DNA of 64,000 nt, taken from NCBI GenBank assembly GCA_040954595.2, contig CM082581.2, positions 3,898,699-3,962,698 on the forward strand, written 5' to 3'. Of this stretch, positions 37,923 to 49,440 are shown one piece after another; the first letter of the stretch is position 1; the number at the start of each line of letters is the position of its first letter. The notes beneath the pieces are model-generated. The model saw only the letters and a program-made list of their open reading frames with translations, searched no databases and was not told the origin of the DNA. The DNA is from Balanoglossus misakiensis. Lineage: Eukaryota > Animalia > Hemichordata. Made by a program: the position numbers and the translations under genes.

Positions 37923-38690
37923 TCACTTTTGTCAGCTCAATGTACAGTATGTGTACAGTATAACTACAAAAGAAAGAAAGACAGGGTTTAAATGAGCGAG
38001 ATTACTGAAATGACAAGCCAAGCATCTCCATAGATTTTCATAACTTACGCATAAACCAGGAAATAAATTTTGGCTGTTAGCACAGACTTGCTGTAAAGCA
38101 TACGAGTTCTGCTGAGGCGGAGTATTAGTATTATTGTATGTGTAGCTGTAAAGGTCTGGCGCGTCACTGACGTGAGGTAACAAATGCATTCACTAATTTC
38201 TCTGTGGTTGGAGTATCTATCAAAGAACGAATTTTACTGATTTTGCACAATGCGAAAAAGGCAGATTTACAAGTGTGGTTTACTGGATTTAATAGAACCA
38301 TCCGAATCAAGCCTCACACTGAGATCTTTTTATTGTGCTGGACAGATTGACATTGGAGTAACTTTGCTGGTCAGTACCTGCTAAATACATGAGCATCGGG
38401 TTATTCTCGCAATCCTGCACCAACAACCAACACTACAGACGGGGAGCTATGGCTGGGGAGCTACATAGATCATTGTAAACCCCCCCCCCCCCCCCCCCCC
38501 CCGGTGTACGCTGCGCCTCCGCAGCTAAATTCGCAGGCCTGGGCTGTTCGAACATTCGCATTCGGCACTCGACACATTTCCAGTACCAACAGTGTATGAA
38601 TTGAGGCCTGCGAAGGTAAGATTATCGTTTACTCGCTACTAACCTGCGATCACCGGTTTGCTCCACTGGGTTTGCTCTCGACCTTTCTCT

Positions 38691-38704
38691 CCGCAAGGGG
38701 GCGC
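38691..38704 (+). promoter_or_regulatory. CTCF-like motif in the BBS10 / HNMT-like divergent region
   Basis: CCGCAAGGGGGCGC is one mismatch from the consensus core. It sits next to a transposon end at 38793. Confidence 0.4.
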
Positions 38705-39184
38705 TATGACGAAAGACGGTGTCCGCGCAAATGGTCCGCGCACGATCCGAAAGCCTGACAGCAGAAGCAGAGGAGTCTGGGTAACCGAGACTATCCATGA
38801 CCTTGCCTCTCTTAAGAGGGCACCGTCAATGACCTTTGGCTTTGGCAGTAGAGACGTGTCTCTGAAAAGATAAAGGTCATTGACCTGAATCTGTTCAGCC
38901 GTCCTTGGGTTGCCAATTAGTATGGTGATGTGAGGTCCTAAGGCTATAAGTGACCTTGTACGGTGGGGAAAAGATGATAAACAATAGCAAATACATGTAT
39001 ATGTACCTTTATCATGTTTATATGTTCAATATTTTTGTGTTGCTGTTTCCATAAACAATCCTCAACTGTAACAACTCTGTAATAATTTCAAGAGCAAGAG
39101 TATATATATTATACACCCCTCAATATTAACTTAGGTGCATGTTGCTTACCCTTGTCCCATATTGAATTTAGGGCATAGTTCAAG

Positions 39185-39374
39185 ATGGATCACATCAGTA
39201 GTAAAAAGTTTTGTCAGGAATCAGGCGACTATGTGGAAAACTTTTCCGTGCTGTTGAAGAATCAAATTGGTTTAACAGGTACTCAACAACTCCAGATTTT
39301 TAGAGATAACCTAGCAGACATCAAAATCCATAATAATGCTGCTTTAAGAGTTTTGGCAATCGGCACATGCGATG
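39185..39374 (+). CDS. Histamine N-methyltransferase-like protein, exon 1 of 3
   Basis: DYVENFSVLLKN...LRVLAIGTCDG is SAM motif I (compare HNMT YVESFRRFL...ILSIGGGAG). Donor G|gtaggt. Confidence 0.85.
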
Positions 39375-39726
39375 GTAGGTATGACACTCGCTAGTCTAGA
39401 ATCTAGACTAGACACTCGCATAATACGTTGCTTTCTTAGATGATTTTTAGGCAAAGACATACTTTATATTGAGAATTCAATGTAAGTTGCATCATCTATC
39501 TAATGCATCAATCAACACAAATAAGCTTATGTTTGTCCAGTGTTTGTAAATAACATTGTACATGTGAAATAATATGCATTAATAAACCCTTTGATTTCCA
39601 GGATCATTAACAGCATGCATTAAAATCCTTCATTACAACCGTTATGTTATTAGGGTTTTGAAATTGTTACCTGAGCGTTATACGTGTTGTTTACATCGAA
39701 TTTTGATATGTCATGTAAACAATTAG

Positions 39727-40062
39727 GAACCAAGGATATTGATATCATCAACCAACTGACAAGTAAATTCGGGAACATCTTGTACGTAGTCGTGGAACCG
39801 GGAAAACTACGAGTCCAAAAGTTCCAAGATTTGGTTGCATCAAAACAGGGAAGTGGTCTCTGGAAAGGCGTTACTTTCGAGTTCCATGCAACAACCATAG
39901 AAGAATACCCTGGAGGGATTGGAAAAGATGGAAATGAATACAAGTACCACCTTATTCACGCTGTACACAGTGCTTACTTCTTTTCACCGTCGGAACGCGT
40001 CTTTCTAGATCTGTACAGAATGCTGAATAACGGTGGAATGCTGTTATATATAATGGTTGCAG
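39727..40062 (+). CDS. HNMT-like exon 2
   Basis: TKDIDII...YVVVEP...FEFHATTIEEY...YHLIHAVHSAYF...YRMLNNGGML. Phase 1 at both ends. Confidence 0.88.
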
Positions 40063-40337
40063 GTAGCTGCTGTTTTGTTTTGAATATAATACAAAATTAA
40101 TAGAAAGTTCTGATGTCACGTACTGAAATTTAACTACTTGTAATTGTAATGACATAACTTCAAGGAAGCTTTTATAGACAATGATCTCATCTTTACAGAA
40201 CACACACAGAGTCAAAGTACTGCTGGTAGTGTGGTCTTATTATTTTGAAATCAGTATCGCGGGTCGACTCTGTCATTGCAGATTGCGAGTGACTTCGTAA
40301 GTTACCTAACATTCGCCAAATCCAATTATCTTTTAAG

Positions 40338-40678
40338 GCCCTGGTGAGAAATTGCATCAAGATTTGGAGAAGTTCAACCCAGCATATATTTGTTGTGGTT
40401 CGGCTGCTCTGCAGGCAATAATACGTGGTCGAATCCCGGATGTAGATATGAAAATATCACACAGAAAGTGTGGAATCAAGGCTGACGAATTGTTTAAAGA
40501 TACCAAAGAAGGAAATATGTTGCTGGATTTCTACACGTTGACAGCAGACTTCAGAAAAAATGCTAGTGAAGACGTTGTCAACAAACTTCTGACATGTGTA
40601 AAGAACAACACGTATGAAGTCGATGGTCAATTGTATCTGCCAGACGATCAAGATGAAATTATTGTCATGAAGGCTTAA
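40338..40678 (+). CDS. HNMT-like exon 3 (288 aa total)
   Basis: Acceptor ttttaag. Contains ELFKDTKEGNMLLDFYT..DFR, matching the HNMT G..LLDFLT motif. Confidence 0.85.
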
Positions 40679-41454
40679 GATTGAGTGGGGCATGAAATGT
40701 AAAGACTTTTTAAATATTAATCATATTTATTCTTGCGTGTTATTTAAAATATATGTCAATTGTAATTTTACAATTGCTATCAAGATATTAGTTTCCAATT
40801 TTTCTAGCAATTACAATGTACATATTGAGCATGTCCACGTTGTCATTAGAGCAATTATGGAAGTGTCGTCTCTTTGCAGCTGCTGCCACTTTTCGAAATG
40901 TTCATGAAATTGGTCAACTTTTTTCCATTACAACAGGTAAATCAACAATAGCTTGGTTTATTAAATGGCTTGTTTGATGTTAGAGTCTGTTAATATAAAA
41001 ATTGGTATGTGTAAAAATTATTGTTGACAAATGAGTTTATTTGCTCAACAAAACATGATACTATCAGATAAATTACTGTTAAACTTGAATCCTTAATACA
41101 TAAAAACCAAAAATGAAATTATGTAATTATAGTTCAGCTTTGTAAAGATATTTAGACATTTTGCCACTTTTAGGTGGCCAGCACAGAAAATATTTGTTTA
41201 CAAACATACATGTAAGTGACGTGAGCAGACACTGCCTTGGATGCATGTGGTTTATATATAGAAATCAGGCACTATAAAATAATAAAATTCCTTACAACTT
41301 TCAGGTAATAGATTGTAACAAATTGTCAGTTTATTGCTTCTCATTAAATTTAACCCGGTTTCATACAAATTAACATATTGCACATAAATTCAATATTACA
41401 CAGAAACATTTACATATATAAACACAAACAATAAACAGTTTGACTACTTTGTAT

Positions 41455-43265
41455 CTAATCAATATGTTCATGTTGTAAATTCTGTTCCAAATTGTCCCTG
41501 ATGTTGTCTACTGGCCTCGGTTGTTGGACATCATCTTCATCATGGGCGTGCACTCCTCCATGATGTCTGTGTCTTAATTCATGATCTGGGATCAGGTCAT
41601 CGTTGCCATTGTCTATGACTTCTTCGCCAATCTCCTCCTCATCCTCCTCCTCCTGTTCCTCTTTGTATATAAAAGAATGACAGAGGGGGCACTTGTCCTG
41701 TAAGTACAGCCACTTGCGCAGACACAGACTATGAAAATAATGGTTACATGGCGTGATACAAGCAGACAGCAGTTCCTGATAGCAGATAGCACAGACATCG
41801 TTCAGTTCATGTAACTGTTCCCGTGTCGCTACCGGCAACGAATTGATTTTTTGGACGGCGGTGCGTCTGTTGATGAACACCTTCCAGCCCTGCTTGGCTT
41901 GTTGCCATATATTGAAATAGGCGTGAACGCACATCATGAACGCGCGGATGGTTCCCCCGGATTCGAACACCATAATCCAAGCACCGTTGCCGAACAAGAA
42001 AATTCCGAAAATGAATTCAACCGAATTGCCAAAGGCTTTCACGTAGTACACATAATCGTCCAGCTTTTCCCAGAAAGTGTTCCTGTACGCATCGATCATG
42101 AACAACACATAGACGAGCAGCGACACACAAACTTTGATGCATACTTCGACGCAGAACGCACTGACTGCTAGCAGCCAGGTGCTCACGGTGTAATTTCTCC
42201 AAATGTGAATCATCAACCAGGGTGCCAGTATCAACAAACTCAGACAGATCAGCAAGACTCTCAAGTGTCTGGTGATGGAACAGTTGTGGGAGGCACTCAG
42301 GGTCATTAACACAGGATTGACCATGTTGTGTATGAAGTGCATGATAGCGGTCAGTAGAAGGCAGAAGTTTCGATACAGTCTGGCAAGTCTTTGCTCCGGC
42401 GGCAGTCCGGACAGCCCCGTCTGCAAAGCCAGGATGAAGAACAAGATGGCCGACACTGTGCCCATGTGTTTATCCTCATCGTTCTCTCCTGCCAAGATGC
42501 ACTGTACCACATTGCCAAATTTCTGTGCGACGGATGAAATGACAGCGCTCATTCCCAACACTGTCAAAGTCGAGTCACAGCCACTGATAAGTAAATTGCA
42601 AAATATATCCCAGATTTTCTCATATTCCAACGTAGTCCACGGTTGATCTTCTGCTGATAAAACCATAACTGTGATGAAAACAGTCTGTGTCATGAACCTG
42701 GTAATCCAAAATACTCTAAGCACTGTCGGCACATGCAGTCTTCTCCACTGGTCTTCAATGAAGATATGTACACCGTAATTGCGTATTATATGCTGCACTA
42801 AAACAAACGCATACTTGGACGAATAGTACATCCACCGTATTTTCAGCATGACGGTAGCCAACAGGACTACTAGAGGTCCTCCTACAGAAAAGTACTGCGC
42901 AAATATCACCAGGACGTAAGACACCGTGTCAAGGCTTTCCACATCTGAAGAAAAGACCAGTCTGACAATGATAGGCATGACAAACGCAAAGTACGTCAAT
43001 GCTCCTACGGACAGCACATACTTGGTTCCAAGTAAAGCTGTGAAAACTGTTGCATAGACTATATGTACAAACAGATAAATATAAAACTCTGTGTCCTCTA
43101 CGATGTCGACTGCTGTACGGTGCTGGAAGACATCCTGGAATTTCCGCTCAAAGACTTGGTTCCACCAGTAGGAAGCACCCAGAATTGTGGTCGCCAGGGC
43201 AACAGCGTAAACTTTTAGCAGCACATTCAGCGACAGACAGAACATGATTAGTGTGAGGATCAAAC
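41455..43265 (-). CDS. RNF139: E3 ligase RNF139/TRC8, exon 2 of 2 (664 aa total)
   Basis: Multi-TM TRC8_N domain (W.RLHVPTVLRVFW, ILFFILALQTGLSGL, FWEKLDDYVYY, HAYFNIW) plus RING-H2 CAICYQ...PCNHYFH.LCLRKWLY.QDKCPLC and an acidic tail. Confidence 0.95.
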
Positions 43266-43479
43266 CTGAAATTGGAAAAAAGAGGAAATCTGCATGTCAG
43301 AAACTGAGTCTGGTCGGATGATCAGCATTTCATGACAGAACATCGGTAAAATATGCATGATGTGGACAACATTCAGTGAGGTTGTTGTTCTTCTATCGAA
43401 CCAATTAGTTCATAGTAAGATGGAATTTGCATTTATTTATATATAAATTTATTTGTATGTCTTGAGTGATTTATGACTG

Positions 43480-43572
43480 TTAACCCTTTCACCAACATGT
43501 TGGTCCAACACCATTGATCTCAATGACAATGCTGGATCTCTCTATACGGGGAAAGGTGGGCGAAAGGGTTAA
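43480..43572. mobile_element. TTAA-flanked mini-element copy in the RNF139 intron
   Basis: ttaaccctttc ... gaaagggttaa, same family as the copy at 29416. Confidence 0.7.
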
Positions 43573-43782
43573 AACACGATTGTTCATTAATTGATTAATC
43601 ATTGTCATCTTTACAGTGATAAGCCGCACGACCCAGTCCACCAAAAAGGCTACAATTACTGCAGTTAGCCGGCCGAGTTCTCTATAAATTATCTCAACAT
43701 ACGCTGTGTGGTTGTGACATGTATTATCCTATTCCTAGACTGTACTAATTAATGTTATGAGAACTGGTGGACACAAACTCAC

Positions 43783-43966
43783 CACAGATTGTCACTAAAA
43801 TTGCCAACACGGACTGGTCCTGCCAAGGAAGTGGCACCTGATAGTTGAGAAGACCGTCGATGATAAACACAGCTGGGACTCTTAAAATAACGTCTAAAAT
43901 TGCTAAAATTAACGATTTCATGTAACCAGGAGAGGCCATGCTCGAATGTATCCCAAGTCCATCCAT
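43783..43966 (-). CDS. RNF139: RNF139/TRC8 exon 1
   Basis: AILDVILRVPAVFIID motif. Phase-1 donor TGTG|gtgagt joins acceptor ttcag at 43265 in frame. The start could instead be the second Met (43939). Confidence 0.88.
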
Positions 43967-44600
43967 CGTGGCGTGTATTACTTAAACTTGTCCCTTCAAT
44001 ATCGTACGATTTACTAAACCGGGTCGCCAGGTCACACGAAAAAGCGGCAGCCAGCTCAGATAGAAACACTTCCGGATTGCCAGGCTCGTTCAGGAGATTT
44101 AAAATAAAGATAATATTATAACGGACATTTAAACCATACAGACCGATTTTCGATTAAACTTATGTCACTTGAAATACTATGCAACATTACGTGTTGGTTA
44201 AATATCAAACTCGTCATTAACCGGTAAAGTTATGGAATAAAACGCAATCACTTCTGGCAAGCAGACACCCAATATTTGAAAGAGGACGTGATCGCTAAGG
44301 ACAGGGATCTGTGACATCCGGAAACTTGGCTGGTTTTCTTTCTTGAGTTGTTTTCGTGCCCGGAGAGACGAACTACAAACAACAGCAGGGTACTAGTATC
44401 AGCCACACGTTTAATTGTCGTCTGTAAAAATTCAGTCCATCCATAATGGTCGGGAAGGGATCAACCATCAAGTGGAGTAGGGAGACGTCACGAGGTCAAC
44501 AAACTTTCTAACATGTTGACCCTCATCTTCAATGAATCAATGACTTCGGAGATTTCTGTTTTCGGGATTTTCAAATTTTGATGGTACAGCGTAAGCAGAC
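43967..44600. promoter_or_regulatory. Bidirectional promoter region between RNF139 and RNF145
   Basis: 634 bp between divergent ATGs, CpG-richer, with ETS cores (acttccgg ~44068, ccggaa ~44318) and TCAC half-site/E-box-like motifs (ggacgtgat ~44284, gacgtcacga ~44484). Confidence 0.7.
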
Positions 44601-44787
44601 ATGGAAGCTGTGCTACCGACAGAACGATTCAAGAGGTTTTCCAATATATTATTGCGAGTTCCAGCAGTTTTCCTTTTGGAGATGCTGTACCATGCTGACC
44701 TCGTCCATATATTGGGAGATGACGCTTCAAAGGCACAAGTGGTCTTGATTGATATTGGTTATCTGGCCAGGATTCTCCAGGTTCTCG
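44601..44787 (+). CDS. RNF145: E3 ligase RNF145, exon 1 of 2
   Basis: NILLRVPAVFLLEMLY motif. Phase-1 donor CTCG|gtaaga. Confidence 0.9.
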
Positions 44788-45597
44788 GTAAGAAAATCAA
44801 TATAATTTATATTTTCAGGATAAAAAACATCACATGTTGCCTGTTTACTTTTTCAATAAATGTATATGACGTGCCACTGTCTAGAGTATGATGTCACACA
44901 GTGAGTGAAACAGTCGAACGTCATTGCATGTTGTGGCGTCGTCAATCAAAGTCAGGAGACAAAATTAGGCTCGTGACAGGCGCCTGTCAGGAGACACGTT
45001 TTTCTTGTGACATTGAAAAATACTCGGCGATTTTGGCAAACTCAGGCGATGCCTTACATGATCACATTAAGTCAAAACCTGTCATCAGACAGACACCTGT
45101 CAATAGACAATACGCTTTTGTAAGCATGTTTACGATACACATTACAATGAAAACATACTTCACATGTTTGTATAACGGCAGTACTACAGTAGGCTTGGTG
45201 TTGTACTGTTAAGGGTTAGATGACAAACAACTAGTTTTGCCATACAACCCAACAACAAACAAAGGGCCAGGATGGCATAGAATCACCCAATCACAAGCAT
45301 AGCTATTTTAAGGTTATATTTTAAGGTTATCTCCTAGGTCATAATCCTTACTGTGTTTGCATTCACAACTGATGGATTAAACAAAAGATAGTACTATATA
45401 TTCATATAATGGTTGTGCTCACGTTTGTTTTGCTCATACATGTATAAACAACGTCAATGTGTAGATAAATAACACGCACCCATGATCATATTTTGCTCTT
45501 TATAGTCTTACATGTATGTTGTCCTTGGTAACATTTGATATGAGTCATCTGCATTATTAACATGACGTCTGATTTCTGGTTTGTTTGACCCTGACAG

Positions 45598-47273
45598 GTT
45601 ACATATCAGCATTACTTGTTCAAGTCCTCTCGTTCGAGCAGTTATTGAAGTTGTATCGTTACATTATTACCGGTCTGCTGATGGTCCTGGCTCATTACAT
45701 GTCAACAAAGTACATTGAGGGTGAAGTGCAAGAAGGCTATAGTGGATTTATCCTGTCCGACCCAGACAGCTGCCAGAGATGGGTCATCTTCGTAGCAGTT
45801 CAAATCACCATCACTATTTTATGCACTCACCTAATGGAAAAGACGAATTATGTCATGTTTATGGCTTACCTTCTGCCGTTGATGTCAAGACTGATCTCAG
45901 CCATCCCGTTAACAGAGTTGAGGACGGTACAGACCTTCGCCATGGCCTTCACAACGTTTCAACTGATGTTTTTTATGATACAGCATATGTGTGTACCATA
46001 CAATATGGCTATGGCAGGTTATCAGACGTTGCAAGAGTACATGGAAGTCTATGGATTCATCAGCGTGGTTCTTGCAATGTACAGTCGATTCTTTGTACCC
46101 GCCGTCTACCTGATCTTCTGGTTGGTGCTCTTCTGCGTTCGAATCCACTCCTACTTCTCGGCCAAGACGCATCCTATTCTCAACGAGAACTATGCCATAA
46201 TACTGCTGGCGGCCATAGCGGACTGCTGCGACAGCCCCTGGAGTTTGATCGGGCTCTGCTACACCGTGTCGTACGTTGCATTTGCGGCAATGACGCTGTG
46301 CAAAGTCTACTTGCAAGGCTTTGAGGGCCTCTTCAATCACAACATGTTGCACCGAGGCTGGACGGAAGGTATAACATTGCTTCTGCTGGCTTTGCAGACG
46401 GGAGTGCTTGAGATGAAAAGAATTCAGAGGATTTTCTTGCTCGGTATTGTTCTATTTGTGGTGTTCGCATCAACCCTGCAGTCCATGCACGAAATCACGG
46501 AACCTGTCTTGATGGCGCTGACAGCCGCCCACAATCGCTCTGCAGTTTATCATCTTCGTGTGTTGGCCATGTGCGTCTTTTTATTTTTCTTCCCACTCTA
46601 CATGACCTACATCGTCTGCACCTTTTTTGAGACCGAGTTCTGGTTGTTGATCATCGTTTCCAGCTGCGTGCTGACATCCATACAAGTGCTGGCGCTAACG
46701 ATCACCTACGCGCTGTTCATGATCGACGGATATCGCAAAGAACCCTGGGAGAACCTGGACGACCTCGTCTACTACATCAAGGCGTTCTGCCGGGTGTTGG
46801 AGTTTCTCGTCGCAATATCGGTGCTGTTCTACGGCGGGATGGAATCCATGTACAGTGACTACAGCGTCATCGGCGTCTCGGTCATCATCGTCCACTGTTA
46901 CTTCAACGTGTGGCAGCGAGCGCAGATGGGATGGAAGAGTTTCCTGCTGCGGCGAGACGCCATGCGCAAAGTCACCTCCTTGCCGGAGGCCACGCAGCAG
47001 GAGATCGACGACCTGAACGATGTGTGTGCAATTTGTTACCAAGACTTGAAGACTGGCAGAGTGACTCCCTGCCATCACATATTCCACGGTCTGTGTCTGC
47101 GCAAATGGTTGTATGTACAGGACAAATGCCCTCTGTGTCATCGGGCGATCATTACAGTGCAGACCGAAGGGGGAGATGAACACGCGGCTGAGAATGCTAA
47201 TCGGGAGAACGATCACATCATGGAGGATATTGCAAGAAATGTAGATAATTTGCATGACAATGCTGACCAGTGA
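45598..47273 (+). CDS. RNF145: RNF145 exon 2 (620 aa total)
   Basis: RNF145-type TEGITLLLLALQTG, STLQSMHEITEP, FWLLIIVSS, WKSFLLRRDA, followed by a RING-H2. Confidence 0.95.
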
Positions 47274-48983
47274 TAACAACCACGTTTACTTGAACATAAA
47301 ATGTACTTTCTACAACAGATTTTGAAAAGATTTCCTGCAAGGTGAAAATTAAATTTTCTTTAGTCAAGGCCCAGCCAGTAAGTTTTGCCACTGTCTGCCT
47401 ATTTTTCTCTTCTCACAAAGTGTGACATCATAATAGGCCACTTTCATGCATGATGCCTGAGTGACCTTACATCCTGGTGTTTTGTTTGAATGACACCATA
47501 CATCATGTGACCTTACATGCAACATTCCTCCTTTTTTGTAACAGACAAAATTCATTTTTTTTTGTTCAAGAATGAATTCTAGAAATTTCTAGGCCTAGCC
47601 TTTTCCAGTTTCATGCAATATGGCTCTTTTCCTTGTGTCACCAATGAGTTTGTTGAGTCAGTGGTGTGTTATATTTGCTGAAAGGGCACACTGTAGACAA
47701 GGCATGTTATCAACTGGGATCATTATTTCCATTTGGAAATAGTCAATGTACTATTTCATCCAGCAAATATAGTTTGTATGGATTGGGGGGGGGGGGAGAA
47801 TGAATGATGTGACTTGACTAACTTGCAGTGAAGAGTTGAGATCATCATCATCATTCACGTATCATCTATGATGTTTTGACAATCAAAAAATTGTCGTTCA
47901 ACCTTGATATCAGTGTACTTTTCAAATCAGTTTTGTGCTACATGTTCAGCCACATTCCTTGCCCAAATACTGGTGTGTACTATAACTGTTGCATGTGGAG
48001 TGTACATTCTTACAAAATTTACCTGCAGTCAGAGGTACTGAAGAAATTGTAACTCAGACCTGAAAATGGTAGCATTCACCCATATACAGCAATACAATCC
48101 AGTCATCTGATAGTGCAGACACCGATATATTAGTTCAGAACAAATACTAGGTAGAGTAGACATCAAAACGAAAGTTTTGATGCAAAACGATTAAAGTATG
48201 GTGATGATGACAATTTTGGTGTCTGAACTATTAGATAATTGGTCTGAACTGCTGACTAAGAGTGCAAGTAAGTACATTTGTAAAACAAATGTTCAAAGGT
48301 GCAAACATGTATTTCAAGGATTTACTTCACGATTTTATTCACTAAGTGAATATTGTGATCAGAGACGCTTTAATAAATAAATTTAAGAATCCCACCTTTT
48401 CAAACATTCAAATGGCTTAATGTGGCTTATGCACTTTTTTTTACCTCCAATTGCTATACAAGTATAGCAAGTGGTAGATACAGTGTTCTCCCAGAGCAAT
48501 TACAGAGAGGCGGCCTCCACTCTGTAATTTTTGGAAAACAATATAAACTCATTAGCATAACAATTATCCATATTGTTACGTAAATTAGCCACCACTCTGC
48601 CAGAAATTCCTGGAGAGAACATTGACTGATACATGCATGGTACTGGTTTATAGCATCCATCTGTGTGTGTGTGTCTGTCTGTCTATCTATCTATGTATGG
48701 CCTCATCTGTATGTTCTGTTGATATGGTCGATGTATATTATATTTAACAAATCTTTGTATGCCATTCACACATCGATTCATACATTTTCTTTATTTGCTG
48801 ACAAATAATTTTCAAATCATAGCACTTTGTTCATCACATCATTGCAACGATATTCCATGATTGTGAAATTATGATCAGCCGGTCCTTCTAGGCTGGCAAT
48901 ACAGAGGTCCACAACAACTCTTCATAATATGGGCAAAGAAAACACTATTGTTACAAAATTATTTCATTATGCTTGGAAAGTCA

Positions 48984-49440
48984 TAGTCTCGGTTACCCAG
49001 ACGCCTTTGCTTCTTCCGATGCTCTCCAGAAAAGGGTCTGGGGAAATACTATTAAAAGCTTTGTAAAACAAAATGGCCGATGTCAGGATTTTGATCATCG
49101 CCTGATTGGCTGAGCTGTCAGTATGACCCGGGTCACTGCAATAGTTTCGACAATCGTCTACCAAAGATATTTCATATAATTTCTCCAACAATGCTAACAG
49201 AGGACGCCTTTTGCCTTTCGCATCAACCAACAAGTACCGGTCTCTTGATATGAAGATACGACAAATAATCACACATTGTCGAGAGTCAGTGACCCGGGTC
49301 ATACTGACAGCTCAGCCAATCAGGCGATGATCAAAATCCTGACATCGGCCATTTTGTTTTACAAAGCTTTCAATAGCATTTCCCCAGACCCTTTTCTGGA
49401 GAGCATCGGAAGAGCAAAGGCGTCTGGGTAACCGAGACTA
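48984..49440. mobile_element. 457 bp young MITE with ~155 bp TIRs and a perfect 9 bp TSD (AcademH- or MULE-like)
   Basis: ggaaagtca|tagtctcggttacccagacgcc ... ggcgtctgggtaaccgagacta|ggaaagtca. The arms are nearly identical. Confidence 0.92.

Noticed and set aside
45779-47279. Overlapping and antisense ORFs within RNF145 exon 2
   Set aside because: Explained by the high-GC3 codon usage of the real frame.
48967-49302. 111 aa ORF sharing GVWVTET with the ORF at 38658
   Set aside because: The shared peptide is the translated transposon TIR.
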